Virus record (IMG/VR): IMGVR_UViG_3300049846_001015
Location: 1 to 52,647 of that record
DNA from: a virus
Lineage: Duplodnaviria > Caudoviricetes
Direction: 5' to 3' (one strand)
DNA: 52,647 nt
In this document: piece after piece, positions 16,947 to 24,876 of the stretch
How positions within the stretch are numbered: the stretch's first letter is position 1
Layout: each line of letters starts with the position of its first letter
Made by a program: the position numbers and the translations under genes
The notes under the pieces: generated by a model
The model's database searches: none
Told to the model about the DNA's origin: nothing
Seen by the model: only the letters and a program-made list of their open reading frames with translations

Positions 16947-17605
16947 CGAAAGTCCTCTAGGTTAAGAGAGATTCGGTGACCCATCGGCTTCTTAGTGAAG
17001 ATGTTGGAGTCGTGGATTACCTGGAGACCGCCGATTTTTGGTATCCTAATCTGCTTAGAGAACAGCTTACAAATTGCGGCGTGAGAGGCTGAATAGCAAT
17101 GCCGCTGCCGAGTAGAATGAATCACCGAAACAAACTGGGAATTGTTCAGGGGCCGAAGGACTTTGCGGAATTCTCCAGTCTGGATATCTATCTGCGCGGT
17201 ATCCCAATCAACCAAAACTGGATGGGGCTTCTTAACGAAATCCGCTTTTCTCCGGAGACCTGTCCAAGTTTCGTAGAGAGTTTTCACGAAATCCCGACAA
17301 AGCATATCGTCACTGTCCATCCGGGTAGTGATCGAACCCTCAGGAAATTCGTAATCCTGGATGGGACTGAAAGAGACTTCGGCAAATTCTTTCAGATACC
17401 GAAGGATTTCCAGGGAGGTGTCTTTGTGGCAAGCAAAAACGGCGATAAAATCCTTGCGGGTTTGTTTCTCCAGAGAGGGTCTCATGTACTCTCGAACAAG
17501 GGAGAGTCGGCGGTTTACCCATTCCTCGTTCAACCAGAGCGCCTTAGCGGCCTGAACCCTATCCGTTGGGATAGAGTTGAAACGAGTTAGGATGTAATGC
17601 GACAC
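16943..17605 (-). CDS. GT-A fold glycosyltransferase (putative rhamnosyltransferase-like)
   Basis: HYILTRFN...W..RRL....PSL.KQT..DF...TTRMDSDD. Confidence 0.75.
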   Translation of the reverse strand: MSHYILTRFNSIPTDRVQAAKALWLNEEWVNRRLSLVREYMRPSLEKQTRKDFIAVFACHKDTSLEILRYLKEFAEVSFSPIQDYEFPEGSITTRMDSDDMLCRDFVKTLYETWTGLRRKADFVKKPHPVLVDWDTAQIDIQTGEFRKVLRPLNNSQFVSVIHSTRQRHCYSASHAAICKLFSKQIRIPKIGGLQVIHDSNIFTKKPMGHRISLNLEDFR

Positions 17606-17880
17606 TAGATTTTCTCTAACTCGAAAACATGCCGAACGAAGTGAGAAATTTGGACCGTTCCGAGAAACTTTCGAATGTGGTAGTTTTGTTGAGGCACCGG
17701 ATTTCCCGTCCCCAAAACCTCGAAAACTCGGAGATCGCTGGGAACCGCCTCGGAATCAACCATAGCCCAAAGTACCAACTTCCCCCGCTGTTCTCCGACG
17801 CTGAGAATTTGAGCGCCGGGGGGAAAATGAATTGTCTGAACGTCGGTTACTTCTAGTTCGTACTTCCAAATCTTCGTCAT
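17605..17880 (-). CDS. conserved small phage protein
   Basis: KIWKYEL....P.GAQILSV..Q.....LWA.VD...GTG...FLGTVQ...HVFE. Confidence 0.7.
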   Translation of the reverse strand: MTKIWKYELEVTDVQTIHFPPGAQILSVGEQRGKLVLWAMVDSEAVPSDLRVFEVLGTGNPVPQQNYHIRKFLGTVQISHFVRHVFELEKI

Positions 17881-17881
17881 C

Positions 17882-18292
17882 CTATCCCTTTCGATAGTAC
17901 CGTTTTTCCTCGACGGGTTGATTGGCCTCTTCGTTGATTCGCTTTTTCATGGAATGCCGGAGAGAGTTGAAAAAGACGATCATCTTAGAGCGGAACGCGA
18001 TTCCCTCAGCCGGGAGGTTATTGTCGTGGCCGATTCGGATTTCGTTCTCCAAATCCCAGAGAACTTTGTTGATAGCCAGGATGGAGAGGGTGTTTTTATC
18101 GAGCGGGAAATTGACCGCCTCCCCCTGTTCCAGTTCGATGTTTCGAATGACGTTGATTGAAAGCCGGTCCCAAAACTCGCCCTGAGTGACCTCCCGAGCG
18201 GCCCGGATCAACTTGGGCTCTTGTTGCGCAGCTTCTTCGGGAATCGGCGGAAGCTCGGCTTGATCGGACGTGACCGTTACTTTGTTAGACAT
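17882..18292 (-). CDS. DUF6165-like protein
   Basis: GE.WDRLSI...INK.LWDLENEIR...N..R...K..IN....EEK.Y. Confidence 0.6.
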   Translation of the reverse strand: MSNKVTVTSDQAELPPIPEEAAQQEPKLIRAAREVTQGEFWDRLSINVIRNIELEQGEAVNFPLDKNTLSILAINKVLWDLENEIRIGHDNNLPAEGIAFRSKMIVFFNSLRHSMKKRINEEANQPVEEKRYYRKG

Positions 18293-18545
18293 GCACTTCT
18301 CCTGCGGCACAGATCCGCGTAATGGTATTGAGATTGATTGTCCGGTAGGCGGCTTTCTCCATATCGAAAACCGTGACCAAATCGTAGTCAGCCGGGTTGT
18401 AAGCCATGCCCACACCCTTCACCCCCTTCTTAACCTGTCGGCGGCAAAGCATTCGTCGCTCAGTTCCGTCCTTCTTTGTGAAGGTGACGCAGAAAACTCG
18501 CCCACCTTGGGCCGAGATCAACTTCTTGGCTTCTTCTTTATCCAT
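18285..18545 (-). CDS. SH3-fold (WYL_2/DUF2693-like) protein
   Basis: FCVTFTKKDGTERRM...VFDMEKAAYRTINL. Confidence 0.7.
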   Translation of the reverse strand: MDKEEAKKLISAQGGRVFCVTFTKKDGTERRMLCRRQVKKGVKGVGMAYNPADYDLVTVFDMEKAAYRTINLNTITRICAAGEVHV

Positions 18546-18693
18546 CTTGAATCTCCAAATCTTCTCCTCGGCGGACTGCGGAAAGAACTCGAACAAGCGA
18601 TAGAGCTAGCTCCTGAGAGAGTGACTCCGCTTCCGAGGAGTTCACCAAAACTTCCAAGAGTTGCACCAAATTTTTCCTAGGGACTTTAGCCAT
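18538..18693 (-). CDS. micro-ORF, 51 aa (MAKVPRKNL...)
   Basis: Manual translation; fills the gap; AGGA RBS. Confidence 0.45.
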   Translation of the reverse strand: MAKVPRKNLVQLLEVLVNSSEAESLSQELALSLVRVLSAVRRGEDLEIQDG

Positions 18694-18708
18694 AATCCTT
18701 CCGTCCTG

Positions 18709-18996
18709 TTACCGAGAAAATTTCGGAAGGGCGAAAGAAACCTTTAGTTTTTCCAGCTTCGCCAGACTCTTTTTGAGAGACCGGATCTTAGCCAGTCTCC
18801 GCTTCTCCACGTCGGCGAGTGCTTCGGATTCGGTCAAAAAGAAATCTTTGCCGATCCGATGGTACTGGTCGAAACAACCGGGGAGACGGATAACAACGAA
18901 AGTGCTATCTGACGGAGTGGGAGTGTACTCCAACGCCTCGATTAGCCCTTTAGTTAAAGAGTATCTTGTCCGATAACCGATTTTGGGTTCGCCCAT
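18709..18996 (-). CDS. hypothetical protein
   Basis: TRYSLTKG...EALADVEKRR.AKI.SL.K.L.KLE; GGAGG RBS. Confidence 0.65.
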   Translation of the reverse strand: MGEPKIGYRTRYSLTKGLIEALEYTPTPSDSTFVVIRLPGCFDQYHRIGKDFFLTESEALADVEKRRLAKIRSLKKSLAKLEKLKVSFALPKFSR

Positions 18997-19037
18997 AAAT
19001 CCTCCAGTGACTCATCTTATTCCCCACCCTCGGAGAA

Positions 19038-19319
19038 TCAAGTGGCTCCGTTGAACTTTCGCATCAATTTTTCAACGTCTTGCCATTCCGCACGATCATT
19101 GAAGATCCAAACCGGCCCCTCGAAATTGAAGAGGCTTTTGATTAAGAGCTTCATTCGAACAATCTCGAACCAGAAATGCTCGTAGTCGAAACTGCTCTTG
19201 CGCAGGGCCGAGTAAATGTCCCACCGAACCGCTTTTTCGGAACTCGGCGGGACAATTTTTCCGTCCTTGTCTCGGGCGGAAGCGCCGCGAGTCCACGTCT
19301 TTTCATTCAGTCTTAGCAT
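19038..19319 (-). CDS. hypothetical protein (DUF6197-like)
   Basis: WTRGA.ARDKDG......AVRW....AL...FND. Confidence 0.55.
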   Translation of the reverse strand: MLRLNEKTWTRGASARDKDGKIVPPSSEKAVRWDIYSALRKSSFDYEHFWFEIVRMKLLIKSLFNFEGPVWIFNDRAEWQDVEKLMRKFNGAT

Positions 19320-20379
19320 TCTTCATCACCTCGGCTACTTTCTTCCAGACTCCGGCCAAATAGGCAGGGTCGTTGTAAAGTTTGTCCTTGAAATCACCTT
19401 GAACACGAAACGATTCGTCACCAAACTTCCATCCGGAATCGTCCTTAAAGAGAAGCCCGCTATCTCGGGCGTCCTTAAACACGGAACCGGCGTTATCGAC
19501 TTCTCCTTGACGGAGCTTGTCTGTATCAATGATCGCCATCTCAAACGTGAAATTACGCTTGGGCGGCGCAGTTTTGTTCTTCTGCGTGATGCCCTTGAAA
19601 GTCGCCATGCCGTAGGACTTTTCGGCGTCACTCTCCACCTTAGCCGGGCTCATCCGGAGAATGGTGGAAGAGTACATCAACTGCGCTTTTCCTCCGGGAA
19701 TTACGTTGGGATCTCCATACATTACCCCGATTTTCTCCCGCAGTTGGTTGATCGCAATGAGGGTGGGAATTTTCCAAGGAGTGTCCTTCAATTTCGACTC
19801 AATCGAAATCCGGGTGCTCGTCCATCGCCGGTAGCCGTCGTTGAGAATTCGAGCGCGGTCTCCCATGTAAGAGTCCGACGCTGATTGCTCCAAGACCTTC
19901 AAACTAGCGGTGCTCTCCAAGCTGTCGATAATGATTAACCCGAACTCGCCGGAGAGTAGGGCGTTATTAACGACATCCACCATAGCATGTCCGTCCGACA
20001 AGCCGACGATCTCATTCCCCGGCCTTTCTATGTCAAATCCATGCTTCTCTGCCCATACCGAATCCATAGAGAATTCTTGGTCACAGATCAAAACAGGCAT
20101 CGGATTGGAATACGATAAGTCCAATTCTCCGGTGTCCCAATTGATCTTGTTAGCTTCTGCGGCAGATTTCAAAACAATTGTACTTTTCCCAGTTGATTCA
20201 TACCCCACAATGAGATGGAATTTGCCGGTTGCCCACCCGCCCCCGGTAGCTCGGTCGAGCGCGTAAATACCCGTTGAAAGTCTCCCGGGAGTAGACGCCC
20301 CGAAGCTAACTTTGTCTCCGAAAGCTTTTTTGACAGATTCTCGCCAGTTCCCAACTTCGTCAGTTTGATCTTTTACCAT
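19303..20379 (-). CDS. recA: RecA/UvsX-like recombinase
   Basis: STGIYALD.A.GGG, Walker A GYESTGKS, IIIDS, INQLREKIGVMYGDP..PGG, KNK.APP. Confidence 0.9.
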   Translation of the reverse strand: MVKDQTDEVGNWRESVKKAFGDKVSFGASTPGRLSTGIYALDRATGGGWATGKFHLIVGYESTGKSTIVLKSAAEANKINWDTGELDLSYSNPMPVLICDQEFSMDSVWAEKHGFDIERPGNEIVGLSDGHAMVDVVNNALLSGEFGLIIIDSLESTASLKVLEQSASDSYMGDRARILNDGYRRWTSTRISIESKLKDTPWKIPTLIAINQLREKIGVMYGDPNVIPGGKAQLMYSSTILRMSPAKVESDAEKSYGMATFKGITQKNKTAPPKRNFTFEMAIIDTDKLRQGEVDNAGSVFKDARDSGLLFKDDSGWKFGDESFRVQGDFKDKLYNDPAYLAGVWKKVAEVMKNAKTE

Positions 20380-20836
20380 GATTATTCCTAATAGGAGTAG
20401 TTAGTGCTTTTTGAAAATCCCAGCCAGCTTTTATTCGACGCCAAAACGATTTATACGGAATCCCAGCTTCCAATGCCCACTGTTTTAGATTTTGACTTCT
20501 TCCTTCAAACTCGACTAGGACATTCGTAACCCTGTTGTTCTGTTGTTCTTTTTGAGTCGCCCAACGGCAATTTTCTGGGAAGTATCCAAGATTTCGGTCT
20601 ATCCGATCAATTGTATGCTTTTGCGTGGGTTTGACTCCCATGTCTGAAAAGAAATTCTCAAAAGAGTTAGACCATCGCTCGCATACGGTTATCCCTCTAC
20701 CTCCGTAAAGATGATATCGGTTGTTCTTGGGATTGTTACACCGCTCCCGCATTTTTACCCAAGATTTCCACTCCGAGGTATACCGCATTCCGTGTTTATA
20801 ATTCATTAAGGGAATCTCGCCATTCGGTAAGATCAC
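20360..20836 (-). CDS. HNH-type endonuclease (homing-endonuclease-like)
   Basis: MRERC.NP....Y..YGGRGITVCERW..F.NF..DMG...TIDRID...GY.PENCRWAT.KEQ.NN. Confidence 0.85.
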   Translation of the reverse strand: MILPNGEIPLMNYKHGMRYTSEWKSWVKMRERCNNPKNNRYHLYGGRGITVCERWSNSFENFFSDMGVKPTQKHTIDRIDRNLGYFPENCRWATQKEQQNNRVTNVLVEFEGRSQNLKQWALEAGIPYKSFWRRIKAGWDFQKALTTPIRNNHGKRSN

Positions 20837-21747
20837 GCTTTTCTGACATCGGCTTTCTCCAATCGTTTTTCAATCAACTTGACATAATCGGGGTTTAATT
20901 CAATCCCCACGGCATTTCTGTTGTTTTGTAAGGCTACTTGGATCGTAGTCCCGCTTCCGACAAAAGGATCGAGAACTGTCCCATTCTCGGGGCATCCGGC
21001 TAAAATGCAAGGCAGAATAAGCTCGGGAGGGAAAGTGGCAAAGTGTGCCCCCTTGAAGGGTTTAGACGTAACCGTCCAAACGGATCTCTTATTTCTCTTG
21101 CCGTCGCCGGGAATTCCTGCCCGCCCCCCATCGTTCCTATCCCCATTAGCCCCAGACTTCTCGGCTAAACTCCCGTTAAATTTTCCAGGCGTTCCTGCTG
21201 GCTCGGAAATCGCGTCCTTGTCAAAGTAGTACCTCGGACCCTTCGACAGCAAAAAAATGTACTCGTGCGCCTTCGTACACCTATCTCGCACACTTTCTGG
21301 CATCGGGCTCGGCTTGTTCCAGATAATGTCCTGGCGGAGATACCACCCATCGGATTGCAGGGCGAACGCAACTCGCCAGGGAATGCCGATTAAGTCTTTC
21401 GGTTTGAGGCCAGGGACATTAGCGCCAGATCGTGAAATTCCACGATGCCGAGCAAGATCGGCCTGCTTTCCACCGCCAGAGTGACCACCGTTTCTACCTG
21501 CGTTGTAACTATCCCCCAAATTCAGCCACAAAGTCCCGTCATCCCGCAATACCCGCCGAACACTCCTAAATACCTCCACCAACTTCCCAACATACTCGTC
21601 AGGAGTCTCCTCAAGACCGATCTGTCCCGTAACCCCATAGTCTCGCAATCCAAAGTACGGCGGACTCGTCACACAACAATGTACGGAGTTATCAGGCAGT
21701 TCTTTAATTTTCTCAAGAACATCGCCGACGAGAACTTGGTATCCCAC
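20833..21747 (-). CDS. DNA methyltransferase, N4C/N6A beta class
   Basis: TSPPY, HFATFP and VLDPFVGSGTT motifs; GTG start overlapping the previous TAG. Confidence 0.92.
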   Translation of the reverse strand: MGYQVLVGDVLEKIKELPDNSVHCCVTSPPYFGLRDYGVTGQIGLEETPDEYVGKLVEVFRSVRRVLRDDGTLWLNLGDSYNAGRNGGHSGGGKQADLARHRGISRSGANVPGLKPKDLIGIPWRVAFALQSDGWYLRQDIIWNKPSPMPESVRDRCTKAHEYIFLLSKGPRYYFDKDAISEPAGTPGKFNGSLAEKSGANGDRNDGGRAGIPGDGKRNKRSVWTVTSKPFKGAHFATFPPELILPCILAGCPENGTVLDPFVGSGTTIQVALQNNRNAVGIELNPDYVKLIEKRLEKADVRKA

Positions 21748-22316
21748 TAGTCCCTCAGTTTCATATCTTCGGTTTTTCGAACAGTCCAACAGCTTCCCCT
21801 TTTCTTCACTACGCCTTTGGGGAAACTCCCGTCAACAGCTTTTACTACATCCGGCCAGCCGGTCCCGTAGTCGTGACCGGCCATCCATCCCCCGGGTTTG
21901 ACCTTCGGGAACCACGCTCGGATATCCGCTCTAACGGCGTTGAGCGTGTGCTCCATGTCGATGAACATCACGTCAATGCTATTATCCGCAAAATCGGGGG
22001 CGGCTTCCAGAGAAGTTTTTCGAATTGGCGTGAATTTCCGCTCTCCCATGTTCTCAAGGAACATAGCGTAAACGTCATTCGTAACAGCCAGCTTGTGGAA
22101 AGTTTCAAGCTCGTTCACCGAACCCTTCCAGGTATCTACGATGAAAATTTGTGCGTTGGGCCGGATCTCCGCAGCTTTATCGCATAGATAAGAACTGCTT
22201 TTCCCTAACCAAGCGCCGCCCTCCACAAAAACACCGTTTTCCGGCATCTCTTGTAGAAGGAAATCAAACACTTGCGGGTAGTCAAACCAACCGCCGATTT
22301 GTGAAGTCGGTTTCAT
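21747..22316 (-). CDS. class I SAM-dependent methyltransferase (Methyltransf_24-like)
   Basis: VEGGAWLGKSS, VDTW.GS, FIDMEH and VKPGG..AGHDY motifs. Confidence 0.85.
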   Translation of the reverse strand: MKPTSQIGGWFDYPQVFDFLLQEMPENGVFVEGGAWLGKSSSYLCDKAAEIRPNAQIFIVDTWKGSVNELETFHKLAVTNDVYAMFLENMGERKFTPIRKTSLEAAPDFADNSIDVMFIDMEHTLNAVRADIRAWFPKVKPGGWMAGHDYGTGWPDVVKAVDGSFPKGVVKKRGSCWTVRKTEDMKLRD

Positions 22317-22678
22317 TTCACACTCGCAAAAATCTGAGGATATTTCTCGGAGAGAAACTTGTAAAAACTCTCGCAGTCCTTCTCCATGCGGGCCTCGGCA
22401 GTAGCCGCGCAGAACTTCATTGCATTCTCCATCTCTTGTGGATCGAGATAGCAAGGTACGGAAACGAAACAGCCTATCTTCAAACTGTTGTAATTTCCTA
22501 AATTTTTCGTAACTGCGCGATCCGCCGAAACAGTAGCCGTGGGAACGCCCTCCATATTCGGCAGAGAGATCTTCTCCACTGTTTCTACGTCCTGAATAAT
22601 AGTCCCCGAGGACGAGAATACTCGGCTAACCGAGATAACAGACTGGCGACTTTCAACAGATTTACAGCACTTACTCAT
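22313..22678 (-). CDS. hypothetical protein
   Basis: T.NLGNYNS.KI...VSVPC motif; ATGA overlaps. Confidence 0.65.
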   Translation of the reverse strand: MSKCCKSVESRQSVISVSRVFSSSGTIIQDVETVEKISLPNMEGVPTATVSADRAVTKNLGNYNSLKIGCFVSVPCYLDPQEMENAMKFCAATAEARMEKDCESFYKFLSEKYPQIFASVK

Positions 22679-23175
22679 AGCGAAAACTCCTTCAATCGAG
22701 TGTCCATCAAATATTCCAGGTATTCGTAATCGTCGTCCTCCCCTCCATAGGAGCCATTGGTATACGCCCAATGGAGAATTACGTCCTGGATCAAACTTTT
22801 CCGCACTCCCTTTAACCAATCGTCCCGCTTAACTTCTTTGGGGACAACTCCCGCAATAACAAGCGTGTCGAGGGATGACATATAAAGAGAGTGCTCCGGT
22901 TGTCCTTCCTTGATTTTTTCGTCCGATTCCTCGTCAATTTCTTCCTCGTCCATGTCCAGGACAATTCCCGTAACGTGATCGCCGGGTACGATGATCGCGA
23001 GAAGATACTCGTTCTGCAATCCCAGAATCTTGATAGCATCGTCCAAAGTGGAAACCACAAGCCGGGGGATCTCAGGGTCTACCAGAGCCTCCGGAAGCTT
23101 GCTGCGGACGATTTTGATTGTGTAGTTCTTACGATGGATTACCATCTCAGATTCGCTGGAAACCGAGTCGGACAT
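22675..23175 (-). CDS. acidic hypothetical protein
   Basis: Fills the gap between helicase and the next gene. Confidence 0.55.
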   Translation of the reverse strand: MSDSVSSESEMVIHRKNYTIKIVRSKLPEALVDPEIPRLVVSTLDDAIKILGLQNEYLLAIIVPGDHVTGIVLDMDEEEIDEESDEKIKEGQPEHSLYMSSLDTLVIAGVVPKEVKRDDWLKGVRKSLIQDVILHWAYTNGSYGGEDDDYEYLEYLMDTRLKEFSL

Positions 23176-24436
23176 AATGATTCTCCCGTTTGCGGTATAA
23201 CGCGGCGCAGTAAAAACTGCCCGCGATAATTGGATCAATCACAAGAGCGAAATCCTTGCCAGGATACGCTCGCCCCACTCTCCCGACGATTTGCTCGGGG
23301 TCCGTGCAGGGCGTGGCGAGAATCACGGTGTCGAGTCGGGGAATATCAGACCCTTCTCCGATTTTCCCCGCCGTGGCAAGAATAACTTTCGCTTCGGAAG
23401 CCCGTTCCAAATCTTGTTGGGATACCTTCTTTCCCTTCCACGTTCCTACATAAATTCCCGGAGTAACCCCCCTGAGTCGCAAAAGAGAGTCGAGTCTCTC
23501 AAGTTGTTCAAGCCGGTGGGAAACGACTAGAATATTCCGGGTGGCGATTCCCCCCAAAACGGTCTCTACGAGCCAATTGTTGTACCCCTCATTCCGAGCG
23601 ATGGCGGTCAAGCAACGAACGTGGTTGATCTCTCCCCGAAACATGAAATCTCGGTCGGTGAGGGTTGTTTGGAGAGAAATAGGTTGGTACTGGAATTGAA
23701 CGTCGTTCTTCTGCCCCTCGCAGATCTTATCTGAGATATGGAATTCCCACATCTTCTCCATGCCGTCTTTTCGACGCCAAGTGGCGGATACCGCAAGTCG
23801 GTATCGAGCGGGAAGTTTGGAAATCACCCGAACGAAAGTGTCGCAGGGCATTCGGTGCCCCTCATCGCATATTACAAATCCGAAGTACCGCCAGAAACTC
23901 TCGGGGAGCCGGTCCATTCTGGCGTTGAGCGTTTGCACCGTGGCTATGGTAACTTCATGCTCGTAATCCAGCCGATCTTCCTGAACATGCCCCGCCTCTA
24001 ATCCGAAGAAAGTTCTGGCTGTGGCTTTCCACTGGTCAATCAGATCTTCTTTGTTTACCAAGACCAGAGTAGAAGTCTGTAGCCTGGAAGCTACAGATAG
24101 CGAAACAACTGTCTTTCCAAAACCTGGAGGTGCCGCGATGAGACAGCCGCCGTTCGCAAGTACATTCCTACAAGAGCATTCCACAACTTCCTGTTGGTTG
24201 TATCTCCAGGTGAGTCGGGGAACCGGCCAATCCACTCTGGGACAGAGAGTGGAATCAAGTCCTGTAAAACCTCGTTGCTTAGCCCATGCTCTCGGAAGTC
24301 CAATCTTGCCATCTTTATTCACCCAAGCATCGCGTACAAGAAGTCCTGTGTGAACGACGGCGGATAGCCGTAATTCATTAAACACGGAATCGGGCAACTT
24401 CTGAGTTGTCCACAGCATTGAATCAATTTCGTTCAT
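23147..24436 (-). CDS. superfamily 2 helicase
   Basis: APPGFGKT, DEGH, SAT, GEGSDIP and Q.VGRVGR motifs. Confidence 0.9.
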   Translation of the reverse strand: MNEIDSMLWTTQKLPDSVFNELRLSAVVHTGLLVRDAWVNKDGKIGLPRAWAKQRGFTGLDSTLCPRVDWPVPRLTWRYNQQEVVECSCRNVLANGGCLIAAPPGFGKTVVSLSVASRLQTSTLVLVNKEDLIDQWKATARTFFGLEAGHVQEDRLDYEHEVTIATVQTLNARMDRLPESFWRYFGFVICDEGHRMPCDTFVRVISKLPARYRLAVSATWRRKDGMEKMWEFHISDKICEGQKNDVQFQYQPISLQTTLTDRDFMFRGEINHVRCLTAIARNEGYNNWLVETVLGGIATRNILVVSHRLEQLERLDSLLRLRGVTPGIYVGTWKGKKVSQQDLERASEAKVILATAGKIGEGSDIPRLDTVILATPCTDPEQIVGRVGRAYPGKDFALVIDPIIAGSFYCAALYRKRENHYVRLGFQRI

Positions 24437-24876
24437 TAAGCCACTCGGCCTTTAGAAGCTAAGAAATCGGCGCGGTCGTTATAGGAGTTGCCGGAGTGTC
24501 CGCGAATCCAGGAAACCTTAAACCGCTCTACTTGTTCCAGGAGAGACTCAATGTGCTGCCAAAGATCCGAATTCGCAACGGGTTTCCCGCTGGAAGTTTT
24601 CCAGTCGTTCCTAGCCCACATCGCCGCCCACTCCACCATGCCTTGCTGGCAATACTGAGAGTCGGTCACGATTTCAAAGTAGGGAAGTTTTTCCCCTATT
24701 GAATATTCGATAGCTCTAATTATAGCTTGAAGTTCACAGCGATTGTTAGTAGTTCCGGTAAGTCTACCGTGTTTTTCGAAAATAACTTTGTCATTCTCGA
24801 CAACGACAAACGCCCAACCGCCACGGCGAGACTTGGGAGAAAAAGCCCCATCCGTGTAAATCTTGGTATGACTCAC
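24436..24876 (-). CDS. rnhA: ribonuclease HI
   Basis: IYTDGA, TTNNRCEL.A, TDSQY, VAN.DLW, W.RGHSG..YNDRAD.LA. Confidence 0.95.
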   Translation of the reverse strand: MSHTKIYTDGAFSPKSRRGGWAFVVVENDKVIFEKHGRLTGTTNNRCELQAIIRAIEYSIGEKLPYFEIVTDSQYCQQGMVEWAAMWARNDWKTSSGKPVANSDLWQHIESLLEQVERFKVSWIRGHSGNSYNDRADFLASKGRVA

